Of a DNA stretch of 64,000 bases, positions 37,521 through 47,133 are shown piece after piece. Numbering within the stretch: the stretch's first letter is position 1; each line of letters opens with the position of its first letter. The notes under the pieces were generated by a model, which worked only from the letters and a program-made list of their open reading frames with translations, was not told where the DNA came from and searched no databases. The translations under genes and the position numbers were made by a program. The DNA comes from Candidatus Saccharimonadales bacterium (lineage in GTDB: Bacteria; Patescibacteriota; Saccharimonadia; Saccharimonadales; JANWIN01). The stretch lies in NCBI GenBank assembly GCA_025449905.1, contig JANWIN010000012.1, forward strand, positions 109,318 to 173,317, in the 5' to 3' direction.

Positions 37521-38200
37521 TGGCAGAATACGAACATCTAGAAGAGCTAACCATCGGCTTATTTGATCGTGGTGAGCTAGGCTATGCTCAGACAGAGGAT
37601 GAATTCATACAATTGAAGTCCGGAAGATGGTCGCCAAACTTTTTTAATGGCAGAGGCATCATGTCTTTTTCGCCTAAATTAGAAATGCCCATTACGGCTC
37701 AAAAAAGATTGGCTAGACTTACGGTTGAGGGCTATGCTCATGGGCTTGACCAAGCAAAAAATCCCCTCGACCACATGATAAATTTGCCTCAGGCGGTTAA
37801 TCCGATTGTGGGTGCAGTCGCATTATTAAGCGGTAGGTCTTTGTTATATCTCAGGACACCTGAAGGTGAAAAAGGATATGGAAAACATTCCCCGATCGAG
37901 GGAGAGTACTCGGATGGAGACTCAGTTGCTGGCATTGATAATGTAATTAGCGACGGTGCAACTAAAAAAGAAGTTACGGAGCCCATTGAAGGAGCTGGAT
38001 TAGAACTTCCTGAATTTATTGTGCTTCTTAATAGGGAAGAGGGTGGGGAAGCGGCCCTAAAAAAACGCGGTTATGACTTAACATCTGTGGTTGGTATGGG
38101 TTTAGCAACCCAAATATTGTTCGATGCTGGCAGGATTCAACATCAACAGGCAGAGTGGTCATTTACTTATATTGATAGATACGACGTGCCTGTAGAATAG
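37520..38200 (+). CDS. pyrE: Orotate phosphoribosyltransferase (divergent)
   Basis: LKSGRWSP, EKGYG, PRPP-loop variant IDNVISDGAT, NREEGG; coupled to pyrF. Confidence 0.8.
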   Translation: MAEYEHLEELTIGLFDRGELGYAQTEDEFIQLKSGRWSPNFFNGRGIMSFSPKLEMPITAQKRLARLTVEGYAHGLDQAKNPLDHMINLPQAVNPIVGAVALLSGRSLLYLRTPEGEKGYGKHSPIEGEYSDGDSVAGIDNVISDGATKKEVTEPIEGAGLELPEFIVLLNREEGGEAALKKRGYDLTSVVGMGLATQILFDAGRIQHQQAEWSFTYIDRYDVPVE

Positions 38201-38204
38201 AGCA

Positions 38205-38732
38205 GTGGCTAAACAAAGTGCGGGAATTTTGGTTTATCGAAAGAAAAATGACGGGGTTGAAGTATTTTTAGTTCACGCCGGTGGGCCATTTTGGGCCAAG
38301 AAAGACGATTATGCTTGGTCCATGCCAAAAGGTGAGTATCAAGATGACGAAAATCCTTTTGAGGTCGCTAAACGTGAATTTGAAGAAGAAATTGGTCAGC
38401 CTGCCCCTGACGGCAAGTATGATGAGCTTGGCGAGGTTAAGCTTAAGAGCAGCAAAGTTGTGACTTGTTGGACGGTAGAAAAAGATCTGGGTGAAGTAGA
38501 AGTCAAAAGCAATACTTTCACCCTGGAGTGGCCGCCAAAATCTGGGAAAATCCAGAAATTTCCCGAAGTTGACCGCGGCCAATGGTATAATCTTTCAACC
38601 GCTAGCCGAAAAATTCACCCAGGCCTGGGTGAATTTCTAAAACGCTTGGCCAAAAAACTTAATACTTCCTATAAAGATCAAAGCGATTATGGAGAGCGCA
38701 AGCTGAGCGACAAGCAAATCTCCCTGTTATAA
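38205..38732 (+). CDS. NUDIX hydrolase
   Basis: SAGILVYR, GGPFW, PKGE..E..AKREFEEEIG Nudix box, FPEVDR. Confidence 0.9.
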   Translation: MAKQSAGILVYRKKNDGVEVFLVHAGGPFWAKKDDYAWSMPKGEYQDDENPFEVAKREFEEEIGQPAPDGKYDELGEVKLKSSKVVTCWTVEKDLGEVEVKSNTFTLEWPPKSGKIQKFPEVDRGQWYNLSTASRKIHPGLGEFLKRLAKKLNTSYKDQSDYGERKLSDKQISLL

Positions 38733-38739
38733 TACTCGA

Positions 38740-40197
38740 GTGAATTACTTTATTACGACTTCAATACCCTATGTTAATGGCGACCCGCACATTGGCCATG
38801 CCCTTGAGTTTGTAATGAGTGATGTTTTAGCACGCGCTGCCCGCCAGCGCGGCACGCCAACCATTTTCAGCACCGGCACTGATGAACACGGCAGCAAGGT
38901 TGCCGAAAAGGCTGCCGAGCTCAAGGTAGAACCCAAAGCCTTTACCGATCAAGTTAGCGCTAAATTTAAAGAAGTACTGAGCTTACTCAACATAAGTAAC
39001 GACCGCTTTATTCGAACTACCGATCCGGCCCACGAACAACGGGCCCAAATTATTTGGAAAAACCTAAGTGCTGATATCTATAAAGGTAAATACTCCGGCC
39101 TGTATTGCACCGGCTGCGAGGCTTTTGTAACCGAGGCCGTGGCGAAGGAAAACAAGGGTGTTTGCCCGCATCATAATCAACCCTATCAAAAGATAGAGGA
39201 AGAAAACTACTTTTTTAAACTGTCCAAATATGCACCTCAGATTCAACAAGCCATTGAGACCGATAGTTTTAAGATTTATCCCGATACCCGAAAACACGAA
39301 ATTTTGCAGGTTATAAAGAAGGGACTGGAAGATATCAGCATTTCGCGCCCCAAGCAATCAATAAGCTGGGGCATACCGGTGCCTGGCGATGAAACACAGG
39401 TTATGTATGTTTGGTTTGAGGCCCTAATGAACTACTTGACAGTGCTGGGCTATCCAGAGAATAAAGACTTTAAAGACTATTGGCCAGCGAATGTACAGGT
39501 GATTGGCAAGGATATCCTGCGCTTTCATGCAGCTATCTGGCCGGGTATGCTGTTGGCGCTCAAATTGCCCCTGCCTGAGCTGCTGTTTGTCCATGGCTTT
39601 GTAAATGTTGAAGGCAAAAAGATGAGTAAAAGTCTAGGCAATGTGATTGCACCGGCCGAAGTAGCTAAACGTTATGGCACAGATGCCTTTCGTTATTACT
39701 TCCTACGGCATATTCCCTCCTATAACGATGGTGATTTTAGCTGGAAAAAACTCGACGCCGCTTATAACAATGAACTAGCTGATGAATTAGGTAACACTGT
39801 TCAGCGCACCGCAGCAATGGTTACTCAATATCAAAACGGCATTATCGGTGAAATCCCGCCGCCAGAGCACGACGTGTCCTCATATCAAGAGGCTCTAGCG
39901 GTTTGTCACTTTGACAAGGCTTTAGATGAAGTCTGGCAACAAATCCGGGGCCTTAACCAGTATATTGACGAGCAAAAACCTTGGCTGGTGGCTAAAAGTC
40001 ATGATGAAGAACATCTTAAAGAAGTTCTAGCTTACCAAGTCAGCAGTCTGCTAGAAATTGGTGAGCTCCTTGAGCCGTTTTTACCCGATACGGCTAGCAA
40101 AATTAAGGCCATTTTCTCTACCGGTGTTATCCGTCCGACTAAAGGCACTCTATTTCCCAAGGCTCAAACCCAAAAAGCTTCTAGACCTTCTGCTTAG
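38740..40197 (+). CDS. metG: Methionyl-tRNA synthetase
   Basis: PYVNGDPHIGH, GTDEHG, CxxC, YVWFEAL, GKDILRFH, KMSKS. Confidence 0.97.
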   Translation: MNYFITTSIPYVNGDPHIGHALEFVMSDVLARAARQRGTPTIFSTGTDEHGSKVAEKAAELKVEPKAFTDQVSAKFKEVLSLLNISNDRFIRTTDPAHEQRAQIIWKNLSADIYKGKYSGLYCTGCEAFVTEAVAKENKGVCPHHNQPYQKIEEENYFFKLSKYAPQIQQAIETDSFKIYPDTRKHEILQVIKKGLEDISISRPKQSISWGIPVPGDETQVMYVWFEALMNYLTVLGYPENKDFKDYWPANVQVIGKDILRFHAAIWPGMLLALKLPLPELLFVHGFVNVEGKKMSKSLGNVIAPAEVAKRYGTDAFRYYFLRHIPSYNDGDFSWKKLDAAYNNELADELGNTVQRTAAMVTQYQNGIIGEIPPPEHDVSSYQEALAVCHFDKALDEVWQQIRGLNQYIDEQKPWLVAKSHDEEHLKEVLAYQVSSLLEIGELLEPFLPDTASKIKAIFSTGVIRPTKGTLFPKAQTQKASRPSA

Positions 40198-40303
40198 GCT
40201 TCTCTCCGTAAACTACATAGCCGCCAATTTCTTTAAACGGCTTATAGCTATAGATCTTAGCTTTACCCTTAAATTTAGTTTTTTTTCGTAGGATTGCATT
40301 CAT
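40181..40303 (-). CDS. Putative 40-aa basic micro-protein (absent from ORF track)
   Basis: MNAILRKKTKFKGKAKIYSYKPFKEIGGYVVYGEKPKQKV*; starts immediately after the upstream micro-ORF stop. Confidence 0.4.
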   Translation of the reverse strand: MNAILRKKTKFKGKAKIYSYKPFKEIGGYVVYGEKPKQKV

Positions 40304-40304
40304 T

Positions 40305-40484
40305 TTAAATGTGTGTCGACTCCTTGTGAGGAAAAGTTAGCATTGCTGGCACCGCTCGCCGCCTGGTAATCTCTTTATAACGCACAGTTTTGTCCGCATC
40401 GTATAAAGATTTGATGAAAGTGTTTGTTTGTTCAAAACTTTTAAGCTGGAGCTTTTTCCGCCTTATTGTTCCTACACTATTCAT
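40305..40484 (-). CDS. Putative 59-aa basic micro-protein (absent from ORF track)
   Basis: GAGGGGG SD; MNSVGTIRRKKLQLKSFEQTNTFIKSLYDADKTVRYKEITRRRAVPAMLTFPHKESTHI*; promoter upstream. Confidence 0.55.
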   Translation of the reverse strand: MNSVGTIRRKKLQLKSFEQTNTFIKSLYDADKTVRYKEITRRRAVPAMLTFPHKESTHI

Positions 40485-40535
40485 TTTTACCCCCTCACTT
40501 ATTGTTAACCTTACACTAAGTACTATAAACGGTCT

Positions 40536-40558
40536 GTTCGTGTGAAGTCAACACGAAC
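40536..40558. promoter_or_regulatory. Putative NrtR operator overlapping a minus-strand -35 box
   Basis: GTTCGTGT-GAAGTCA-ACACGAAC perfect 8-bp inverted repeat with GT-N7-AC core; minus-strand TTGACT (40546-40551) and TATAGT (40522-40527). Confidence 0.65.
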
Positions 40559-40606
40559 TACTAAAATTGCTGTGGATAACCTTGATTCAAATCTGTAAAA
40601 TAGGGT

Positions 40607-41299
40607 CTACAAGGCTTCGTCAAAACTACGCGACAAATATTCTATGCCATGCTTGTTAAAGCGGTATAACTTAGCTGGACGGTGAGCGCCGTTCATATGA
40701 TACTCGTTGGTAGGCTTAATTAAGTCTAAGCTTAAATACTTCTTTCGAAAGTTGCGCTTATCTAATTTTCTACCCAGTATTGCCTCGTATGCTTCTTGTA
40801 AACGGCTTAGTGTAAAAAGACGAGGTAAGAGGGCAAAGGTAATGTTTGAATACAATATTTTAGAAGCCAGTCTATCTTTGGCGTGCTCAATAATTAGGTT
40901 GTGATCAAAAGCCAGCTGGGGTATGTCATTAACGGGAAAAAATTGCGGATTCCAAGTTGACTTACTGGCCTTAGGTACGAGGTTACGCGATAAACCTAAG
41001 TAAGCAAGTGTGACTGCCGGTCCTCTGGGGTCTCTGTCTGTATTATCAAAGGTATAAAGCTGCTCTATAAGCTCAAGTCTTTCGGTTTTTATGCCGGCTT
41101 TTTCAAAAAGTGAACGGCTTATGGCCTGACTGGCGGTTTCACCAACAGGATTATGGCCTCCGGGAAGAGCCCATTTGCCCTCATACGGATCTCGGGCCCG
41201 TTTTACTAACAAAACCGACAGCTCGTTATCAATTAATTGAAATATAACAACGTCAACAAACACGTTAGGAGATACAAGCTCGTCATCTAGCTTTTGCAT
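40607..41299 (-). CDS. nrtR: NrtR-like Nudix-related transcriptional regulator
   Basis: VDVVIF, WALPGG, EQLYTF..RDPR, LAFDH, wHTH FTLSRLQEAYEAILG..LDKRNFRKK..HRPAKLY. Confidence 0.88.
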   Translation of the reverse strand: MQKLDDELVSPNVFVDVVIFQLIDNELSVLLVKRARDPYEGKWALPGGHNPVGETASQAISRSLFEKAGIKTERLELIEQLYTFDNTDRDPRGPAVTLAYLGLSRNLVPKASKSTWNPQFFPVNDIPQLAFDHNLIIEHAKDRLASKILYSNITFALLPRLFTLSRLQEAYEAILGRKLDKRNFRKKYLSLDLIKPTNEYHMNGAHRPAKLYRFNKHGIEYLSRSFDEAL

Positions 41300-41384
41300 T
41301 ATTGTATACTCTACATTAACTGTATTGCTTTTAAAAGTACTTAAGCTTACATAGAAAGTACAGGCATGTGTAGAATGTATAAGT

Positions 41385-42188
41385 ATGGAATTAATTGATA
41401 CTCACTGTCACATACATTTTCCCGATTACGAATTGGACCCGGATGAAGTTATAAAGTCTGCAGTCAAAGAGGGTGTTAAAGAATTGCTGTGTGTTGGTTG
41501 CACAGTTCATGACAGCCAGCGAGCAATCGAATTCGCGGCAAAACATCCTAATATCTGGGCTAGTGTTGGCATGCACCCCCACGAAGGTGCGGTTTATGTT
41601 AATGACACGGCTGCGCTGCAATTATTCCGTGAGCTAGCCACTAAGCCGAAAGTTGTGGCAATTGGCGAAACTGGGCTGGACTACCACTACATGCACTCAC
41701 CGAAGGAAGATCAAAAAAAACTGTTTCGCTTTCAACTTGATCTAGCAATAGAGCACAGTTTACCGCTTATTTTTCACGTACGCGACCCACAGCCCATGCA
41801 CTCAAAGGCTGGACTATCGGCTTTTGACGATTTTTTTGACATTCTGGACCAATACAAAGGCATCAAGGGCGTGGTCCATAGTTTTACGGCCGATAAAGCC
41901 GCTCTTGATAAAATTCTGGCCCGCGAGCTTTATGTAGGCATTAACGGCATCGTCACCTTCGCTAAAGACGCTGAACTCCTCGAAACGGTCAAGATAATAC
42001 CCTTGAATCGCTTATTACTAGAAACTGACGCCCCCTTCTTGACGCCTGCGCCCTTTCGTGGTAAAGTGTGTGAGCCTAAATATGTGAGAGTAGTAGCGGA
42101 GTTTATGGCAAAACTTCGGGGGGAATCCATCGAAACTCTTGCCGGGGCCACGAGCAATAACGCTCGGGCTCTTTTTAATCTAAGGTGA
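41385..42188 (+). CDS. tatD: TatD family nuclease
   Basis: DTHCH, GMHPHE, AIGETGLDY, GVVHSF, LLETDAPFL. Confidence 0.95.
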   Translation: MELIDTHCHIHFPDYELDPDEVIKSAVKEGVKELLCVGCTVHDSQRAIEFAAKHPNIWASVGMHPHEGAVYVNDTAALQLFRELATKPKVVAIGETGLDYHYMHSPKEDQKKLFRFQLDLAIEHSLPLIFHVRDPQPMHSKAGLSAFDDFFDILDQYKGIKGVVHSFTADKAALDKILARELYVGINGIVTFAKDAELLETVKIIPLNRLLLETDAPFLTPAPFRGKVCEPKYVRVVAEFMAKLRGESIETLAGATSNNARALFNLR

Positions 42189-42195
42189 AATAATA

Positions 42196-42510
42196 ATGAA
42201 CCAACAACTACCAGCAATGAACGATGTCCAGAAGAGAATGGTGACATTATCTATCGGTGTAGACCGAAAAACTACCATTAAAGCTTCGGTTTTATACATT
42301 GGTGACAGCGTTGTGGCTAGCAATAAACATAGCGAAGTCACGAGCGCAAAAGAAGTATCAGAGCAAGCTCCAGCAGTTGAGGCTAAAAAACTGACTTCAG
42401 AGCCTGAATTGATCGAGGCGGAGGAAGTCAGCATCCAAGAGAAACAGGCGCGGAGCGCAGTTTTTGAATCATTTAACGTAGGGAATCAAAATGTTCAAGA
42501 AGCCGTTTGA
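42196..42510 (+). CDS. Hypothetical protein
   Basis: 104 aa acidic ORF with AAGGTG SD. Confidence 0.55.
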   Translation: MNQQLPAMNDVQKRMVTLSIGVDRKTTIKASVLYIGDSVVASNKHSEVTSAKEVSEQAPAVEAKKLTSEPELIEAEEVSIQEKQARSAVFESFNVGNQNVQEAV

Positions 42511-42859
42511 TAAAATTATTTCGCAAAATCTAGAGAGAAAACGAACAAAGCTCTACCAAGCATATCTGAAGACCGAAGCTAAAGCTGGCGGCTATTTATT
42601 TGGCCAAGTACCACGAGGGATTCAACGAGAATTTTACTGCTTAGATGAGCAGAATTGGGTATGGCGCGAGCGCTGGTTGGACATGGACGGCCAAGTTCAG
42701 GTACACACCACCGAGTATCTTATTAAACAGGACGGCATCTTTAAATCTGAAAATAAAGCAGACTACCAGCGCGTAAGTAAAGATGAAGCCGAAAGTCTTT
42801 ACGATGCGGCTAAAGCGTACGAACAGACAATTGGCCAAGAAATCTACAACTTCGTCTAG
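42491..42859 (+). CDS. Hypothetical protein
   Basis: 122 aa; EAKAGGYLFGQVP..REFYCLDEQNWVW looks like a conserved globular domain. Confidence 0.75.
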   Translation: MFKKPFDKIISQNLERKRTKLYQAYLKTEAKAGGYLFGQVPRGIQREFYCLDEQNWVWRERWLDMDGQVQVHTTEYLIKQDGIFKSENKADYQRVSKDEAESLYDAAKAYEQTIGQEIYNFV

Positions 42860-43030
42860 AGAATTGTCGTCGCACGTAAACCTGCCAAATAGTAAAGCTA
42901 TTTGCACTGTTTCCTGCTCTTGGCGGACTGCGGTGTTGCAGGCTCCACTACTCGTTCATCGTATTTTATATACGACTCGCTCCGTTGCTCACCTGCGCCT
43001 TGCATTCCACTCAAGCGCCAATCCTATAGA
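42855..43030 (-). ncRNA. Structured intergenic element, family copy 3
   Basis: Imperfect closing helix TCTAGAGAATTG/CAATCCTATAGA; on the minus strand AAGGC/AACAC loop, TCGTAT/ATACGA tip, AGTG/GCAG loop. Confidence 0.7.
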
Positions 43031-43054
43031 TAGATTGCTAAAATAGGAAAGATA

Positions 43055-44200
43055 ATGGGAAAAATAATATATCTTGATCACGCTGCAGCTACTCCGGTTG
43101 ATCCGCGGGTTATGGCAGTAATGCAGCCGTATTTTTCTGAGGATTTTTATAATCCCTCAGCTATTTACTTAGCGGCTAAAAAAGTAAAAAAAGATATAGA
43201 AGCCTCCCGAGCTAAAGTTGCTGCTTGGATGGGTGCTCGCCCCAGTGAAATAACTTTTACGGCTGGCGGTACTGAGGCTAACAACCTGGCAATTAAAGGC
43301 GTCATGAGCCAGTTTCTGGCTGCAAACATTGTTATTAGCGAAATTGAGCATGAATCTGTCTTAAAACCGGCTCAGCAGCATAAATATAAAGTTGTTGGCG
43401 TAAAGCAGGATGGCTTAATTGATTTAGATAAGCTCGAGGCGTCAATAGACAGCAAAACGGTCCTAGTTAGTGTCATGCTGGCCAACAATGAAATTGGCAC
43501 GATTCAGCCCATCCGCAAAATCGGCCAACTGCTGGAAAAGCTAAGACAAGAACGTCTAACTAAAGGCAATAAAACCCCACTCTATTTTCACACCGATGCC
43601 TGCCAAGCCGCTAATTATATTGACTTGCACGCTAATCGCTTGGGGGTGGATTTGATGACAATTAACGGGGGTAAAATCTATGGCCCAAAACAGAGCGGCG
43701 CACTATTTATCAGAACCGGTACTAATTTAAAGCCGCAGATCTTGGGTGGCGGGCAAGAATCAGGTGTTAGATCTGGCACCGAAAATGTTGCCGGAATAAT
43801 TGGTTTGTCAAAAGCTCTGGATTTAGTACAGAAAAACCACCACGTCGAAACAGTTCGTTTGCAAAAATTGCAGCAACTCTTTTTTGAGCTTATTAATAAA
43901 CAAATGCCTCCTGCCCAAATTGTCGGCTCAGTCAAAAATCGGTTACCCAACAATGTCCATATCACTATTGCTGGCCAAGATAACGAACGACTAATTATGG
44001 AGCTCGATGAGCGTGGCGTTTTGTGTGCCGCCGGTTCAGCCTGCAGTGCCAGCAACGAAGATCCTTCACATGTACTTAAAGCCATCGGCTTATCAGATGA
44101 AGAGGCCCAAAGCTCACTGCGCTTTACTATGGGCCAAAGTACCACTGAATCTGATGTTAAACAGACCGTAAAAACTCTGGCTGGACTCGTTAATGGCTAA
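43055..44200 (+). CDS. iscS: Cysteine desulfurase
   Basis: YLDHAAATP, GGTEANN, ANNEIGTIQP, HTDACQA, KIYGPK, RSGTEN, AGSACS. Confidence 0.95.
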   Translation: MGKIIYLDHAAATPVDPRVMAVMQPYFSEDFYNPSAIYLAAKKVKKDIEASRAKVAAWMGARPSEITFTAGGTEANNLAIKGVMSQFLAANIVISEIEHESVLKPAQQHKYKVVGVKQDGLIDLDKLEASIDSKTVLVSVMLANNEIGTIQPIRKIGQLLEKLRQERLTKGNKTPLYFHTDACQAANYIDLHANRLGVDLMTINGGKIYGPKQSGALFIRTGTNLKPQILGGGQESGVRSGTENVAGIIGLSKALDLVQKNHHVETVRLQKLQQLFFELINKQMPPAQIVGSVKNRLPNNVHITIAGQDNERLIMELDERGVLCAAGSACSASNEDPSHVLKAIGLSDEEAQSSLRFTMGQSTTESDVKQTVKTLAGLVNG

Positions 44201-45236
44201 AGTATACGTCGGTTTAAGCGGCGGTGTTGATTCCTCGGTCACAGCTGCGCTGTTGAAACAGCAGGGCTACGATGTAACGGGGGTTTATATGAAGAACTGG
44301 ACTAAGGACATGCCAGGTTTTCCGTGCCCCTGGAAGGAAGATTATCAGGACGCCAAGCGGGTGGCGGTCCAGCTGGGTATTCCATTCAAAGTTTATGACT
44401 TCCAGACCAAGTATAAGCAGCTAGTTGTTGATTACATGATTGATGAGTATAAATCTGGCCAAACACCCAACCCTGATATTATTTGCAACCAAGAAGTTAA
44501 ATTTAAGCTGTTTTTGAATGCGGCCTTAAAAGATGGGGCCGATATGATTGCCACTGGCCACTATGCGCGGGTAAAAAACGGCCAGCTTTTGACGGCTAAA
44601 AATAAAGATAAGGACCAAACTTACTTTTTGTACATAGTTAGCGAAGACGCGCTTAAGAAAACGCTGTTTCCAATTGGTGAATTTACAGACAAAAAGCAGG
44701 TTAGAGAAATGGCTAAAAAGTTTGGCTTGGTTACGGCCGCCAAAAAGGATAGTCAGGGCATTTGTTTTGTGGGCCAGGTTGGGATTAAAGAATTTTTAAG
44801 CCAATACGTAAAAACTAAACCCGGCAAAATCATAGATGAAAACAACAAAATAATCGGCGAGCATGAAGGGGCAATTTTCTATACCATTGGCCAACGTCAT
44901 GGCCTAGATGTGGGAGGCGGATTGCCGTATTACGTAACCGGCAAAGATATGAAGAAGAATGAAGTTTATGTGACAACCAACTTAGACGATAAGCAGATTT
45001 GGGGCAGAGAAATTAAACTGACAGATGTTCACTGGATAAATGATGAGCCAAATGCTAAGAAAACTTATCAAGTACGAACTCGCCACAGAGCACCGCTTAT
45101 AAAAGGGACACTTAACAAGTTAAGTAATAAAACTTGGCAGATAAAATTAACAGATGAAGTCCGAGCTTTAACGGCTGGCCAATCAGCTGTAATTTATAAT
45201 GGCCAACACATTCTCGGTGGTGGCGTAATCGTCTGA
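44193..45236 (+). CDS. mnmA: tRNA 2-thiouridylase
   Basis: SGGVDS, TPNPDIICNQEVKF, ATGHYAR, KDQTYFL, KDSQGICF, YTIGQR. Confidence 0.97.
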   Translation: MAKVYVGLSGGVDSSVTAALLKQQGYDVTGVYMKNWTKDMPGFPCPWKEDYQDAKRVAVQLGIPFKVYDFQTKYKQLVVDYMIDEYKSGQTPNPDIICNQEVKFKLFLNAALKDGADMIATGHYARVKNGQLLTAKNKDKDQTYFLYIVSEDALKKTLFPIGEFTDKKQVREMAKKFGLVTAAKKDSQGICFVGQVGIKEFLSQYVKTKPGKIIDENNKIIGEHEGAIFYTIGQRHGLDVGGGLPYYVTGKDMKKNEVYVTTNLDDKQIWGREIKLTDVHWINDEPNAKKTYQVRTRHRAPLIKGTLNKLSNKTWQIKLTDEVRALTAGQSAVIYNGQHILGGGVIV

Positions 45237-45251
45237 TACAATTAACAGATA

Positions 45252-47129
45252 ATGACAACGGCGGAAATTCGTACAGCTTATTTAGATTTTTTTGTAAAAA
45301 ATGGGCACAAAGTTATCCCGCGGGCGCGGATTGTGCCGGATAATGATCCAACCACGCTTTTTACTGGTTCAGGCATGCAGCCGCTGATGCCATACTTGCT
45401 TGGCGAAAAACACCCGGCAGGCACTCGAGTTACAGATACGCAAACTGTCTTTAGAGCAGATGATATTGATGAAATTGGGGACAACCGCCACACGACGTTT
45501 TTTGAAATGCTGGGCAACTGGAGCTTCGGTGATTACTTTAAAAAGGAACAAATACCTTGGTTTTGGGAATTTTTAACCGAAATTGTAAAACTCGACCCCA
45601 AAAAACTTTATGTAACTTGTTATAGCGGCGATGAAAAACTAGAGATTCCTAAAGATACTGAATCAGCAGAAATCTGGAAAAAGCTTTTTGAAGCAAAGGG
45701 CATTGAAGTTCAAGAAGCTGACATGAAAACCGAAGTCGAAGGTTATAAGATTGGCATGAAAGATGGCCAGCGGATTTTTTATTATCGTGACAAAAACTGG
45801 TGGAGTAGAGTCGGTGAACCGGATAATATGCCAGCAGGTGAACCGGGTGGCCCAGACACAGAAGTCTTTTTTGATACAGGCGCTGAGCACAATAAAAATT
45901 ATGGTGAACATTGCCACCCCAACTGTGACTGTGGTCGTTGGATAGAAGTCGGCAACTCAGTTTTTATGCAGTACATCAAAAATGACAAGGGCGGCTTTGA
46001 CGAGTTACCAAATAAAAATGTTGACTTCGGTGGCGGTCTGGAGCGAATAGCATCGGCAAGTATTGGCGGCCATGATATGTTCAAAATTGATCTGCTTTGG
46101 CCGATTATTGAAAAGCTACAGGAAATGTCAGGCAAGAAGTATGAAGATCACGTTGAAGCTAAGCGTATTATTGCTGATCATCTTAGGGCCGCTGTTTTCA
46201 TGGCCGGGGATGGAGTAACACCAAGTAACAAAACCCAAGGTTATATTTTGCGCCGATTGCTTCGCCGGGCTATACGCCAGGGCCACGAACTTGGAATTGA
46301 AGACGGTCTTTTCCGAGTGGTTGCACCAATGGTTATGGACATGTACCGTGAACCATTTCCTGAAGTTGCTAAAGATGAAAAAATTGTCATTTCAGTACTA
46401 GAGAAAGAAGAAAAACTCTTTCGTCAGACACTTCGCAAAGGCCTGCGCGAGTTTGAGAAAATTATTAAGAAAGGTTTGGACGGTAAAACCATTTTTACGC
46501 TGTTTGATACCTACGGTTTTCCGCCCGAGCTATCTGTTGAAGAGGCCAAAAAACGCAGTATTGGCGTACCTGAAAATTGGCAAAAAGACTATGAAGCCGA
46601 ACTGGAAAAACAACGTGAGCGTTCGCGCACGGCCGCCGCTGGTATGTTCAAGGGCGGTTTGGCTGAACACTCCAAACAAACCATCAAGTACCACACTGCC
46701 ACCCATCTAATGTATAAAGCTTTGCGGCTAGTTCTGGGCGACCATGTTGAACAGCGCGGCAGTAACATTACTAGCGAGCGTCTACGTTTTGATTTTAACC
46801 ACCCGCAAAAAATGACTGATGAGGAAATCAAAAAAGTTGAAAACATTGTTAATGAGCAAATTGATAAAGATTTGACGGTAACCTGGAAAGAAATGCCGAC
46901 CAAAGAGGGCTTGGCAACAGGGGCGCGCGGCCACTTTGGCGAAAAATACGGCGACACCGTGAAGGTTTACATAATGGGTCCAGAAGACAATCCCTACACA
47001 ATGGAACTGTGCGGTGGTCCGCACGTTGAGCACACCGGAATACTAGGCGAAGATGGCAAGCATTTCAAAATCATCAAAGAAGAATCTAGCGCCGCTGGCA
47101 TCCGCCGCATCAAAGCCGTTTTAGGGTAA
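45252..47129 (+). CDS. alaS: Alanyl-tRNA synthetase (short form, no C-Ala domain)
   Basis: DPTTLFTGSGMQ, HTTFFEMLGNWSFGDYFK, DFGGGLER, HTATHL, ELCGGPH, AAGIRRI. Confidence 0.96.
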   Translation: MTTAEIRTAYLDFFVKNGHKVIPRARIVPDNDPTTLFTGSGMQPLMPYLLGEKHPAGTRVTDTQTVFRADDIDEIGDNRHTTFFEMLGNWSFGDYFKKEQIPWFWEFLTEIVKLDPKKLYVTCYSGDEKLEIPKDTESAEIWKKLFEAKGIEVQEADMKTEVEGYKIGMKDGQRIFYYRDKNWWSRVGEPDNMPAGEPGGPDTEVFFDTGAEHNKNYGEHCHPNCDCGRWIEVGNSVFMQYIKNDKGGFDELPNKNVDFGGGLERIASASIGGHDMFKIDLLWPIIEKLQEMSGKKYEDHVEAKRIIADHLRAAVFMAGDGVTPSNKTQGYILRRLLRRAIRQGHELGIEDGLFRVVAPMVMDMYREPFPEVAKDEKIVISVLEKEEKLFRQTLRKGLREFEKIIKKGLDGKTIFTLFDTYGFPPELSVEEAKKRSIGVPENWQKDYEAELEKQRERSRTAAAGMFKGGLAEHSKQTIKYHTATHLMYKALRLVLGDHVEQRGSNITSERLRFDFNHPQKMTDEEIKKVENIVNEQIDKDLTVTWKEMPTKEGLATGARGHFGEKYGDTVKVYIMGPEDNPYTMELCGGPHVEHTGILGEDGKHFKIIKEESSAAGIRRIKAVLG

Positions 47130-47133
47130 TCTG

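Noticed and set aside
42641..43046. ORFs 42641-42907(-) and 42783-43046(+)
   Set aside because: Overlap a better ORF and element copy 3; likely spurious.
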